A DNA stretch of 64,000 nucleotides from Octopus vulgaris (GCA_951406725.2 OX597824.1:42036001-42100000); one strand, 5' to 3'; shown: positions 28,465-42,908, counted from the stretch's first letter. Translations and numbers: made by a program. The notes: generated by a model not told the origin, from the letters alone.

Positions 28465-28737
28465 GAGGCGCAATGGCCTAGTGGTTCGGGCAGCAGACTC
28501 GCGGTCGTAGGATCGCAGTTTCGATTCCCAGACCGGGCGTTGCGTGTGTTTATTGAGCGAAAACACCTAAAAGCTCCACGAGGCTCCGGCAGGGGGTGGT
28601 GATCCCTGCTTTACTTTTTCATCACTCTTTCTCTCACTCTTTCTTCTGTTGGCCTGCTCGCTTAGCCAGCGGGGTGGCGTCATTCGAAGGCTAAAACAAT
28701 GTGTAGCAACATCTGATGGTCTGGTCGATCACGTGAT
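28465..28737 (+). mobile_element. tRNA-derived SINE family C (tRNA-Arg-like head), tail type 1
   Basis: gaggcgcaaTGGCctagTGGtt...gTTTCGATTCcc A/B boxes. The head is shared with 50265-50640. Confidence 0.85.
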
Positions 28738-28769
28738 ATATATATATATACACATACATACATACATAA

Positions 28770-28820
<51 letters not shown>

Positions 28821-28844
28821 CATACACACACACATATATATATA

Positions 28845-29031
28845 GGTGCAGGAATGGCTGTGTGGTAAAAAGCTTGCTTACCAACCACATGGTCCCGGGT
28901 TCAGTCCCACTGCGTGGCACCTCGGGCAAGTGTCTTCTACTATAGTCTCGGGCCGACCAAAGCCTTGTGAGTAGACCTGGTAGACGGAAACTGAAAGAAG
29001 CCCGTCGTATATATGTATTTATATGTATATA

Positions 29032-29066
<35 letters not shown>

Positions 29067-29218
29067 TTATCCCCACCAACATCGCTTGACAATCGATGCT
29101 GGTGTGTTTACGTCCCCGTAACTTAGCGATTCGGCAAAAAGAGAGCGATAAGTACTAGGCTTACAAAGAATAAGTCCTGGGGTCGATTTGCTTGGCCACA
29201 GTCAAATGACTGAAGCAA

Positions 29219-29220
<2 letters not shown>
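28845..29220 (+). mobile_element. SINE family A, full length (tRNA-derived head, internal microsatellite)
   Basis: A box tggctgtgtgg, B box ggttcagtcc, body, (TA)/(TG)n and tail. Confidence 0.9.
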
Positions 29221-29295
<75 letters not shown>

Positions 29296-29949
29296 ATATA
29301 TATATATACATACATTAGTATATGAGTTAGGCTGCTTTGAATAACTATACCAAACGTATGTCTATGTAATAGTTCGTAAAATATACAAATGTTCAAACCA
29401 CGCTTGCGGCAACAGTATTCTTTTCCGGTTCACCCCACTCCTTCCTCTACATATTACTTTTCTTCCTTCCAGTAACTCATGAGACCACATGCTGATGGCA
29501 TGGTTGGAGTGGATGCTAACTAATAAAATATTGTATGTTGAACTAATGAGCGCATGTGATTCTGATGTAGTAATGTATTAGAGCTGATTAAATATTTTAC
29601 GTTGCAGTTTGACGGTTCATGATTTTGGGAGCGAATTCTTCCATATCACTGTGTCAGATGAAAGGAAAGATGGATAACCCAGTTTCCGTTACATTAAGCA
29701 CTGTAAATTTTTATGTTGTAAAAAACACGAAACAGTTGTACAAACAGGAATAGTTGGAAAGAAAAGCAAAAAGATATTCATATGCACAAAAATACGATTA
29801 CATACATACATACATTTTATATACATATTTATATATATATATATACATATATATATATGTATGTATGCCTATGTGTATGTGTGTTGTGTACTTATGTGTA
29901 ACTTATATATCGCACATATATATATATATATATTTATATGTCTATGAAT

Positions 29950-30001
<52 letters not shown>

Positions 30002-30412
30002 GAATAGATATATATTATATATGTATGCGTATGTGTATGTATATATACATATTCAGGGATAGAGTCATATGTATTGAAAATATTGATTTGACTAGCATTT
30101 CAAGTTTGGCCTTTAACAGCTTAAGAACTCACTGGGTGAATAACACGTTAAAAGGCAACGCTTGATGTGTCACCCAAACCAATTTTATTAAATAATTTTT
30201 ACTCTACGAAATATTTAGAAACCTACCGCAAGTAAATGCTTAGCTTTACAATAAGGTAATCAAGAATACTAAATAATACATACATACATACATGCATACA
30301 TACATGCATACATACATGCATACATACATACATATAAATATTGATTTCAAATTTTGACTCCAGGCCAGCAATTTCAGGGATTGGGTAAGTCCATTACATT
30401 GACACCAATACT

Positions 30413-30521
30413 CGAACCACATGGTTCCGGGTTCAGTCCCACTGCGTGGCACCTTGCACAAGTGTCTTCTACTATAGTGGATTTGGTAGACGGAAACTAA
30501 AAGAAGCCCGTCGTATATATG

Positions 30522-30584
<63 letters not shown>

Positions 30585-30785
30585 TTGTGTGTCTGTGTTT
30601 GTCCCCCTCCAACATCGCTTGACAACCGATGCTGGTGTGTTTACGTCCCCGTAACTTAGCGGTTCGGCAAAAGAGCCCGATAGAATAAGTACTAGGCTTA
30701 CAAAGAATAAGTCCTGGGGGTCGATTTGCTTGACTAAAGGCGGTGCTCCAGCATAGCCACAGTCAAATGAGTGAAACAAATGAAA
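30413..30785 (+). mobile_element. SINE family A copy with internal deletion
   Basis: Matches the consensus but lacks the cctcgggccgaccaaagccttgtga segment. Confidence 0.85.
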
Positions 30786-30809
30786 GAGTAGAAGATTAAA
30801 AGAGAGCCC

Positions 30810-30930
30810 GAAAAGATGAAATAAATGCAAGGTCGATCTCGGCCGAATTTGAATTCGGAATGTAAAGACGAAAGAAAATACCGCAACGCATTTTGCCCAG
30901 CGTGCTCATGATTCTGCCTGCTCAACGCCT
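30810..30930 (-). mobile_element. SINE family B, 5' part (degenerate)
   Basis: Reverse complement of ggcg.tgagc.ggcagaatc.tgagcacgc.gggcaaaatgc...ttcaaattc. Confidence 0.65.
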
Positions 30931-31351
30931 TAAATTATATAAATATTAAGAATAAATACTATTTATCGGTGTGTTTGTGGTTGTAATGAAATATCAGCAA
31001 AGTGGTCTGCCAACTGACCAAGTTGTCGTTGAGAGGAAGATGTTTCGGACCGTAGGAGAAATGATATTTTGATTAATTGCCTGAAGTCCAGTCAAGACGG
31101 ATAATAAAATAAAGAGCCGATAGGTTAAATTAACAGTTAGATTGTGTCTATCTGCGCATGAAGCGAGGAAAATTCTCACATTTGAAAGGTCATTTGATAA
31201 GTTGATTGTTACTCAAAATATAATTGCATAACTTTGTGTGTTATATGAAATAAATGGCGTTCGTTCACAGAAAATTTCGTAACAATGATTTTACTTTTCT
31301 TTTTCTCAATTAAAATTTTTGTTGTTCATTTTCTAAAGATTATAACTTACA

Positions 31352-31440
<89 letters not shown>

Positions 31441-31814
31441 GCTGACGATATGTGCATCTCTGATCACGAGCAGAAGTAGTGGGGAGCATCATAGCCATGT
31501 GTTGAGAGGGATTGTTGGGGTTTGAATAATTCACCTCTGGAAACATGGGTGGTTCTTTCAACATCCTTAAACAACCCTTATTCAGGGAACCTTTTGAGCG
31601 GGATGGGCTACTCAACCTGAAGAAAATTCTAACTGGGCCCCACCTGCAAGGTCATGTGCTGTTTATCTTGATATGAGATCACCATGTCGCGCACATATGG
31701 TTGTGATGCATGTGCCTGGTGTACCTTTATCAGACGGGTAGTCATGATGGGTATATTGGGCTTCGTATATTTTACCCCAGTGTCACTTTGATGGCATGCA
31801 CTGCTCTCTCACTC
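31441..31814 (+). mobile_element. (AAT)n-embedded non-coding element, copy 1 (truncated)
   Basis: Flanked by (AAT)n on both sides; ends gcatgcactgctctctcactc-(AAT)n. Confidence 0.85.
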
Positions 31815-31833
31815 AATAATAATAATAATAGTA

Positions 31834-32025
<192 letters not shown>

Positions 32026-32027
32026 TG

Positions 32028-32084
<57 letters not shown>

Positions 32085-32090
32085 GTTATT

Positions 32091-32292
32091 CGACCAGAAG
32101 AAAATTCTAACTGGGCCTCACCTGCAAGATCATGCGCTGTTTATATTGATATGAGATCACCATGTCGCGCACATATGATTGTGATGCATGTGCTTGGTGT
32201 ACCCTTATCAGACGAGTAGTCATGATGGGTATACTGGGCTTCGTATATTTTACCCCAGTGTCACTTTGATGGCATGCACTGCTCTCTCACTC
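32091..32292 (+). mobile_element. (AAT)n-embedded element, copy 2 (more truncated)
   Basis: Same terminal ~200 bp and the same end. Confidence 0.85.
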
Positions 32293-32314
32293 AATAATGA
32301 TGATGATGATGATG

Positions 32315-32515
<201 letters not shown>

Positions 32516-32535
32516 GTAATAATAATAATAATAAT

Positions 32536-33080
32536 GCGGGAACAATGTAGTACCATGGCTTCTGATCTTAACTGATTGGAAGTGTTAGCATGTATATTCT
32601 TTTGTCCTGGTTTAAAGGATGGGCTATACAACAACTATTCTGCTCAATACTACAGATCTGCTTGTCAGTGGCTTGACCTTATCCAGTTGAGCTTGTCCCT
32701 TAGTGGCTGACGATATGAGCATCTCTGATCTCGAGCAGAAGCAGTCGGGGAGCATCATAGCCATGTGTCGAGAGGAATTTTTTATGGTTTGGATAATTCA
32801 TATTCGGAAACATGGGTGTTTTGTTCAACATCCTTAAACAACCTTTATTCAGGGACCTTTTTGAGCAGGATGGGCTACTCAACCTGAAGAAAATTCTAAC
32901 TGGACCCCACCTGCAAGGTCATGCGCTGTTTATCTTGATATGAGATCACCGTCTCGCGTACATACGGTTGTGATGTATATGTCTGGTGTACCTTATCAGA
33001 CGAGTGGTCATGATGTGTTTATTGGGTTTCGTATATTTTACCCCAGTGTTACTTTGATGGCATGCACTACTCTCTCACTC
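32536..33080 (+). mobile_element. (AAT)n-embedded element, copy 3 (near full length)
   Basis: Extends to about the same start as the 55218-55727 copy and has the same end. Confidence 0.85.
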
Positions 33081-33136
<56 letters not shown>

Positions 33137-33157
33137 GAACGAGAAGAAGAAGAAGAA

Positions 33158-33200
<43 letters not shown>

Positions 33201-34449
33201 TTGATGATGATGATGATGATGACAATGATGATGATGATGACGACGACGATTACGATGATGATGACAATGACGATGAAGATAAAGAAGAAGGGAAGGAAGA
33301 AAAGGCATGATTAAAAAGCTAGACCATTAGAATTACGATGGACTACCTCCAGGTGAAATAGCCAGAGTGCTGTTTCAATTGCAGACGGTAGACAAGAGCA
33401 CCATTTTGTTTTTATCTCAACAGGGCATCCCCTTTGATTTTAGGGAGAATAAAATTTACTTAGAGATTTGAAAAGCCATAACACAACAGAAAAAGTTACG
33501 ACCTTGACAATTAAAAACAATTACAATAGCAACGACAACAAAATTACGAACCGTACTAACAACATCATTGACTATTTTAAGGATGACTAATTGTCTGGTT
33601 GGTATGTTGTTATTGAAATTATTGCTTGTGCGAGAAAAAAGACAATGAGACAATGAACAGACAGGCAGACAGATTAGTGAAATCGAGAGACAATTTGAGT
33701 GTTGTTTGCGTGAGTGGAGTGGAGTGGAGTGGAGTAGAGTACCGAGTAGAGAGATATAGAGTAAGTGTATGAATGAATGACGGATGACAGATAGACAACA
33801 AGCTTAGTGGTAGGGTAAGTTTTTTTTTTAAAAAAGAGCAAAAAAAAAAAGAAAATATAAACAAAACTAAAACTATTTTTTGTTTTTAAAATAGGAAAAG
33901 AAAATAATGAAGGAAAAGAGAAAACAAAATAAAAACAGACTTTAAAAAAATAAAAAATAAAATAAAAGAAGGAAAATTATTTATATGTTGACAAGTTTGT
34001 TGAAACAATTCAATTGGCCGAAACGGCAATCGAATGGTGAGGGGAAAAGGATACAGAACCGTATGGGCTTGTGCGTGAATGTATGTATGTATGTATGTAT
34101 GTATGTATGTATTTATGTATGTATTTATGCATGCATGTATGTATGTATGTATGTATGTATGTATGTATGTATGTATGTATGTATGTATGTATGTATGTAT
34201 GTATGCATGTATGCATGTATGTATGTATATATGTATGTATGTATCTATGTATGCATCTATGTATGGATGGATGGTTGGATAGGTGAATGGATGGATTGAT
34301 GGCTGTGCTTAATTGTATGTGTGTGTGTATGTGTATGCTGCACTGCATGTATATATGTGAGTGTGTGTGTGATTGTGCTTGTGTGTGTGTTTTGTGTGTG
34401 TGCTTGTATGTATATATTTGTTCGGGTATATATGCGTATATAATCATAA

Positions 34450-34491
<42 letters not shown>

Positions 34492-35649
34492 GTTTGTGTT
34501 AAAGCAAAGAAGAAAAAGAAAACTGGAAGGAAAAAGCGTATGTGTTTGTTTAATATGCTGTGTGGATGTGTATGAGCCTGTGATTGAGATCTATGTATGA
34601 GAGAACGAAAGAGAGGGAGGGAGAGAGAAAGAGAGGCAGACAGAGAGATAGAGAAACAGAGAAAGATAGAGTGACAGACAGAGAGACAGACAGATAGACA
34701 AACAGATTGAAAACCAGCCAGACAGACAGGGGAAAATGGAGAATGAGTAAGGGGGAGGTGGAATGGCGGAAAGTGCATGAGAGGTGAAATTAAAAACAAA
34801 AGTGAAACTAAAGAGGATGTACTTCGAGGAGTGGGGAGAGCAACGATTTGAAGATGCGTCACATGGGCAATAATCATTCTCGCATTGGCTGCTGGACTTG
34901 TTTACATGCTACTTTTATGGCTGCATTTGTCTCTTACATATGTTGTTGTTATTGTTGTTGTTGTGTCTGTATGTCTGTATGTGTGTATGTGTGTGTTTTG
35001 TGTGGTGATTGTTATTTTGTAGTGGATGTTGTTGTTGATGTTGCTTTTTCTACGACTGACGTTGACGCCGGTGCCGCTGCTGCACCCGCTGCCGCCGCTG
35101 TTTGATGCTGCTGCTGTTGATACTGCTGCTGCTGCTGCTCCTGCTACTCCTGCTGCTGATTCTGCAGCTGTTGGCACCAGGAATGACGAATAGCAAAGCC
35201 GATAGCTATTGAATACTTTTGAGCGTCGCCTTCACTCGACAGATGGCGCTTTGCTGTTGTTTACGCCTAACTTTGGTCTGGCATGCCCCACCTTTCGACA
35301 TTTTTTCGCTCTACCCCTAACACCTCCTCCTCTGCTACAGGAACTAAAATAAACAAATAAATAAACATATACATAAATAAAATCGCTCCATGGACAATAA
35401 CAGCAATTTCAAGCACAGAACAATTGCAGAAAACTGCAGTACAACTACCACTACCTGTGCTGTGCTCTTAGTATTTGTAACACCAATGCCACCGCCGCCG
35501 ATGCAGCCAGCTCCACCACCACGACAACAACAGCACCAGTAACAGGAGGAACAAAAAATAAAACAACTGGTAATAATTATAAAAATCATAATCGTCATCA
35601 TAAGCCCTTGTGGCCAATAAACGAATTAATAATAATAATAATAATAAAA

Positions 35650-35747
<98 letters not shown>

Positions 35748-35774
35748 TATTATTATTATTATTATTAGGAATTA

Positions 35775-36110
35775 AGTAGCTTACGAACCACATAGTTCCT
35801 GGTTCAGTCCCACTGCGTGGCACCTTGGGCAAGTGTCTTCTACTATAGATTCGGACCGACCAAAGCCTTGTGAGTGGATTTGGTAGACGGAAACTGAAAG
35901 AAGCCCGTCGTATATATATATATACATATATATATATGTATGTGTGTGTGTGTGCATACGTTTGTGCGTCTGTGTTTGTCCCCCCAACATCGCTTGACAA
36001 CCGATGCTAGTGTATTTACGTCTCCGTAACTCAGCGGTTCGGCTAAAGAGAATGATAGAATAAGTACTAGGCTTATAAAGAATAAGTCATGGGGTCGATG
36101 TGATCGACTT
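35775..36110 (+). mobile_element. SINE family A copy
   Basis: Colinear with the consensus. Confidence 0.85.
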
Positions 36111-36148
36111 AGCCCCTATCCCAAAATTTCAGGCCTATAAGAGAAAGG

Positions 36149-36219
<71 letters not shown>

Positions 36220-36224
36220 GACGA

Positions 36225-36400
36225 ACAGGCAGAAACATTAGCACGTCGAGCAAAATGTTTGGCGGCATTTCCTCCGTTCTCACGTTTTGAGTTCAAATTC
36301 CCCCGAGGTCGACTTTGCCTTTCATCCCTTCGGGATCGATAAAATATGTACCAGCGGAGTATAGGTTTCATGTAATCGATTTCCCCCTTCCTTCAAAATT
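36225..36400 (+). mobile_element. SINE family B copy (degenerate)
   Basis: gagttcaaattcccccgaggtcgactttgcctttcatcccttcgggatcgataaa. Confidence 0.75.
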
Positions 36401-37263
36401 ACCAACTTTAGCGGAATTTGAACTTCGTGTGTAAAAAGTCGCAAGAAATGCCACTGAACATTATGTGCAACGTGCTGACGATTCTAGCAGCTCGTTACAT
36501 GTCTACATACGGCTAAAACATTCCTTTCTATCAGCTTCTCAAACGAAATCTCTAAGTAAAAGACAGTACCTAAAAGGATAACTAACGCTGAAATGATGAA
36601 ATAAAATTGACTGTTTTCTCAGCCACTTACTCTATAGATATAGAGTACTAAATGGCAAACAAAAGTGTGAGACAAGAGCTGGGGGAAAGAATTGTTCATT
36701 TTTACTTTATTCAATAAAAACTTGACTCCACTCTCTCTGTTAAAATCAACAGCCAAAATTTCCCCAAGTTATATTGTACCCTCTTATATAAAAGCTATAT
36801 TATAATATATACTTTCTGTTAGGCAAACGAGGGGATTCACTGTTTGACTACAACTGATTTTCGAATACACTATAACAATGTTCGATTTCAGTCATTAAGG
36901 GAATGCCTCTGCACCGGCGCTACGCCGGCCTCTTATGCCAATCGGGGACGGAAACCAACAAACATTTGCCAACGGTGCTGGGGGACAAATACAAAGAAAT
37001 TCACGCACACACGCACGTGCACACACACAAACACACACGCACTACACTTACACACACACTCAAAAACAGACACACACATACACATATATCAAAATAAGCA
37101 ACAGGATATCCAGAGGTGATACAGTGCGACCGTTTCAAGAATCTCCATTTAATTGCTTATTTTGATTTTATTCACCTTATTTTGAAATTGTATGGATAAT
37201 ACGGCACTAATTTTTGGTGCCTCAAATTAAATACCTAATTCACCTGAATCTCAATTATTTTGC

Positions 37264-37294
<31 letters not shown>

Positions 37295-37312
37295 CATACA
37301 TACATACATACA

Positions 37313-37351
<39 letters not shown>

Positions 37352-37564
37352 AAAAATAAGTCAAGATAGAAAATGCTAAAGTAATTTTATAAAAAACATT
37401 TCAGTACTGGTTACAGTCATTGTGACTTTTTCAACTGTAACAATTAAACAATTAAATTCAGAAAAATTAAAAGAAATGTTTTTTTAAAAGAATATTTGTA
37501 TAATGTTCAATATATTTGTATATATATATATATATACATACATACATACATACATACACACAAC

Positions 37565-37720
37565 AAGTATCTATGAGATTCCGTCTACCAAATCTACTCA
37601 CAAGACTTTGGTCAGCCCGAGGCAATAGTAGTAGACATTTGCACAAGGTGCCTCGCAGTGGAACTGAACCTCTAACCGTGTGGTTGGCAAGCAAAATTCT
37701 CACCACCGAGCTATGCCTGT
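37565..37720 (-). mobile_element. SINE family A, 5' half
   Basis: ttccgtctaccaaatctactcacaag...aaggtgcctcgcagtggaactgaacc. Confidence 0.75.
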
Positions 37721-39516
37721 TAGAATTTTTATTCTGAAAAGCTATTTTTCTTTTTCTTTTTCTTCTTATTTGTTCTTATCTTCTGAAATTTCATTCTGTG
37801 CCTCTAATGAGGTGCGGATAATCCAGGCTGGAAGTCCCTGTACTAGATGCAGATAGAGTATGTTTGGAATGATGAACATATGGATAGCAGTCTAGTTGCT
37901 CAACTGTGAAACCCATATACTACAAAGGTACTTGAAGTCCCTTGGGATGTTAAACAAAAAGGATAACATCAATAACAATCACAGTAACAGTAGTAGCAGC
38001 AGCAGCAGCAGCAGCAGCAAGAACAACAACATCGACAACAAAACCAAAACAGCCATAAAAAGCAACAAAAGCAACACCGGTAGCAGCAACAACAACGTCA
38101 GCAACAATAAGAACAACAATAGCGACAACAGTAACAACGACAGTAATATTAGCAATGAAAAAAATCGACATCAGTAATATGAAACAACAACAGTGATAGC
38201 AACAACATAAAGACAAAAGAAAAGCAATGTATAGGAAAAATGGAGGAGAAAAAAGTCTTCAATGATTACAACAAATACTATAACAACATCAGCCATCACA
38301 ACAATAACAGCGACGACGGTTACGATGACGACGATGACGATGACGACGACGATATGAAGCGCGACAGCAATTCTAAAAATAGCAACATATGGTAAAAATA
38401 TAAACGGAAGATTAATAACAAAGCATGTTGCAAACAAAGGTGATGGCTGTAGCAACATCAACAATAAAGATCACAAATAAAGAACAACAATATAACACAA
38501 TAGCAACAATAATACGGACACAAATATTAACAAGTATATACATATATATATATGTGTGTATTTATACACGAAGATATTTATACATATGTATATATGCGTA
38601 CACATATGTACGTGTGTGTATAACGATGTATAAATATTGTTATGTTTGGGTTTGGTCATCTTTTGCTAATTGAACACATAAAATATTTATTCGATCTTCA
38701 CTTTAAGTATATAAATATATAAATATATAAAACGATATGCATATGTATATGGGTATTGTGCCTATATGAACGTATGCATGTGTGAATATATATGTGTCTA
38801 TATGTGCGTATGTCCGTAAGCACATACATCCATGTGTATGTGTGTATATATATATATATATATACAGACAGACAGACATATATATACATACATACTTACA
38901 TATATATATACATATATATATGTATATATATATATATTTATGTGTATGTATGTATGTATATACTTACATACACACACACACACATATATATATATATTAA
39001 ATAATGAGGGTAGAAATCGATATTAATCAATTAAAACCAGTGGCTTAGCATGTTTAAAAATCCGAAGATTAAAAATTATATTGCATACCAAATTAAGAGG
39101 ACTCCTAATATGATAAATATAAACGTCAAATCGCCATTATCACGAAGAGTGTGTTCTCAAGAAAAATTTCAGCAAAACACCAAAATATATATAAATTTAT
39201 TTACAGGTTGTGTTAACCTCATGAAGGGATAGTTTCATCCAAGGAAATACTGGTTCAATACCTAGTATTTCGGGAGAAAGAATTTCCTTAAAACTATGTA
39301 TATAAAACTATGTATATAAAACTATATATGTAAAACTATGTATATAAAAACATAGTTTATATTCGTTTAAAAGAAGAAGAAAATGGAGATTGGAAAGATA
39401 ATAATTATTTATTACTAGCTGTGAATTGGACAAAACGACTGTAAGTGAAGATGACCAATTTCCTGTTAATAATAAACAATTATTAACTTCCCAGTCTCCA
39501 TTTTCTTCTTTTAAAT

Positions 39517-39558
<42 letters not shown>

Positions 39559-39562
39559 TAAT

Positions 39563-39620
39563 CTGAACCCGGAACCATGTGGTTGGTAAACAAGCTACTT
39601 ACCACACAGCCACGCCTGCG

Positions 39621-39662
<42 letters not shown>

Positions 39663-39790
39663 GCAGGCGTGGCTGTGTAGTAAGTAGCTTGTTTACCAAC
39701 CACATGGTTCCGGGTTCAGTCCACTGCGTGGCATCTTGGGCAAGTGTCTTCTACTATAGCCTCGGGCCGACCAAAGCCTTGTGAGTGGAA
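39563..39790. mobile_element. Head-to-head SINE family A heads separated only by (TA)n
   Basis: 39563-39623 is the reverse complement of 39660-39719 except for one mismatch. The right copy continues to 39790. Confidence 0.9.
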
Positions 39791-39796
39791 TAAGTA

Positions 39797-40725
39797 ACTC
39801 ATAATGAGTCCCAGGTTTCAGTTACTCTATAAAGTCCTAGGTTTCAGTTACTCTATAAAGTCTCTATAGGACTTACTCTATAAAGTGATATTTAAGATTC
39901 CACCGCAGTTTCAATTATTCAAATTTTCGGTGCTCCATGGAATTTGTTTCTCTAAATAAAAAAGATATTTCATCTACAAAGATGGTTTTCCTTTCATTTC
40001 ATTTGATTTGGATTAACAACATAGAATATATACGTGTATATTTACACAGTTATACATCATTTTACGAGGATCCGCTTTACGAGACCCCGGGATTACGAGT
40101 TTTATCTTATAATAAATTTTTCAAGCACAAGATCCAAATTTTGAACAAGTGCACAAGTTTCTACTACTATAAATGCTTCTGTGTGTTATCGAGATATTTA
40201 TAGAGAGTATAAAAATTGTTTCTTCGAAGCAAACAACTCTAGACTTGTTTATTTAAAAGGAAATCTGAAAATTCTTCTACGAGTGCTTGTGAATCGGCGA
40301 TTGCGTCAACAAGTGATTTTAATCTTTTATTCTTTCATTCTTTTACTTTTTTAGTCGACTGTGACCATGCAGGAGCACCGCCTTTAAATAAAAATGTTTT
40401 TTTATTATTAGTTATCTTGACATTCTTTTTACTTTACATAGACTATTCTTTACATCCTACTGTTGTTTTATTGCTATTTTTTTACCAGTATTATAGATTT
40501 TATTGGTAAAATATTATTCTGGGAACCAATTACGATTTATAACATTGCTATTATGGGAAGTTATTGCTCTGCCTTACGAGTTTTCGCTTTACGATCGGTC
40601 TCTGGGAAAAAGTTAACTCGCATATCGAGGCATTACTGTATACACACACACACGCACATATATATACACGCACATATACATACACACACACATACATATT
40701 CAAGCATGCATGCGCATATGTACAC

Positions 40726-40783
<58 letters not shown>

Positions 40784-40858
40784 GTGTGTCTATGCTTATA
40801 TACACGCTTATCACACATGCACGCACGCATACATCACACGCAGACACACAGATACACA

Positions 40859-40912
<54 letters not shown>

Positions 40913-42007
40913 GATACATATTTCTATTAATTAACAATGGTGATATCAATAACAACATTGTCCTCTTCATCGTCGTCATCCTCCACCTCCTCCTCTTCCA
41001 CATCATCATCATCATCGTCGTCGTCGTCATCATCAGCATCATCATCATAATCACCATCATTGTCATCATCATTATCATCATCATCATCACTATCAACGTT
41101 AACAGCATCACCGGAAATCTGTGGGCAGATAAACATCATAAACAAGTTACGGGTTTTCCCCACCAGAGCCCCTCACCCTCAACCCCACCCCCACCCGCAC
41201 ACATACACCTGCACCACTCCTCTGTTGTGTCAACTTCCCGTCGGTGACGTGTCCAGTGGAGATTACGTCATCTGTAGATGCTTGCATAGATGGTGATGCT
41301 TGATTGGATGTTTGGCTGTCCGTATGTCTGGCTGGTCGGTCGGTTGGTTCGGTAGGTGGGTTGTTAATAGAGGTGTTGGAGGGATGAGAGATACAGGGAA
41401 TGAGAGAGAGAGAGAATGAGGGAGAGAGAAAGTGAAGGTGAGAGAGTGAGTGAGTGAGTGAAAGAAAGAGAGAGAGAGTGAACCATGGTTGTTTACCTTG
41501 GGATGGGTAGTAAAAGGTGGACACATGTCTGGCAATTTGGTTGTCTTTACTTTTACAATAAATTTAAGGAACACTAAAGCAACAACAACAGCAACAGTAG
41601 TAGCAGCAGCAATAACAACAACAACAACAACAACGGCAACAACAACAAAAATAGTTATTAAAAGCAAAAAACGAAAACAACAACAGCAAGCACCCACAAC
41701 GACAGTGACAAAGTGTAACAACTGTAATATCAGCAACACCGCTTGAAACCGGTGTTGGTTTATTTATCTCTCCACAACAAGGTGGTTCGGGACAAAAGAC
41801 CGATAAAATTAATTACCGGACTCATAATGAGTCCTAGGTTTCAGTTATTGGACTTACTCTATAAAGTGATATTTAAGATTCCACCGCAGTTTCAATTATT
41901 CAAATTTTCGGTGCTTCATGGACTTTGTTTCTCTAAAAAAAAAAAAGATATTTCATCTACAAAGATGGTTTTCCTTTCATTTCATTTGATTTGGATTAAC
42001 AACATAG
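39797..42007 (+). repeat. ~190-bp direct repeat pair (39797-40025 and 41820-42007)
   Basis: actcataatgagtcc.aggtttcagtta...ggacttactctataaagtgatatttaagattccaccgcag...gatttggattaacaacataga in both copies. Confidence 0.92.
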
Positions 42008-42009
42008 AT

Positions 42010-42375
42010 ATGAATCATCTTCGTCGTCATCATCATCCTCATTATCGTCATCATCAATCATCATCATCATTATCATCGTCGTCGTCGCCATTATCATCAT
42101 CATCATCATCGTCGTCGTCGTTGTCATCATCCGCATCATCATTATCATCATCATCATCATCATCATCGTCGTCGTCGTCGTTGTCGATATCATCATCATC
42201 ATCCTCCTCCTCCTCCTCCTCCTCCTCCTCATCATCATCATCAACTTCGTCGTCGTCATCATCATTATCATCGTTATCAACATCATTGTTGTCGTCGTTG
42301 TCGGCGTCGTTGCAGTCGTCGTCATTGTTATCATTATCTTCATCATCATCATTGCCTTCGTCGTCGTCGTCGTCG

Positions 42376-42418
<43 letters not shown>

Positions 42419-42440
42419 TATTATTATTATCATCATCAAC
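42010..42440. repeat. Degenerate (ATC)/(GTC)/(CCT)n tract
   Basis: Direct reading. Confidence 0.9.
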
Positions 42441-42831
42441 ATGCTCTGGCATGGGTTGAGCGATTCAACAGGATCCGAGGGGTTCAAGAACTGCATCGTA
42501 CTCCAGTGTTTCGTTTCTACGACTGGATGGATTCTACGATTGGATGCTCTACCAAACGACAACAACTCCACAAAGTGTACTAGATGGTTTTCCTGTTTTA
42601 TCTTTCTTGTGACACCAACACTAATGAAGTTGCCATGAAGCTCGCAAGACAAAATACCTCCTTTGACTGAATGCAAGCTACAGTAGAAGTAGACGGCTTA
42701 TTGCTTCCCAGTCATATAGTTTCAGGGTCCAGTCTCACTACGTGGTACCTCGGGCAAGTGTCTTCTACTGTGGCCTCAGGCTGACCAAACCCTTGTGAGT
42801 GGATCCGGTAGAATGAAACTGAACGAATTTC

Positions 42832-42863
<32 letters not shown>

Positions 42864-42872
42864 CTTTCTCTT

Positions 42873-42903
<31 letters not shown>

Positions 42904-42908
42904 GTATA

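Noticed and set aside
28465-28540. Possible tRNA-Arg gene
   Set aside because: Continues into a repeated SINE body with no proper acceptor stem or terminator; it is a SINE head.
33805-33820. Strong splice donor (agg|gtaagt)
   Set aside because: No credible upstream exon, ORF or acceptor; such motifs are expected by chance.
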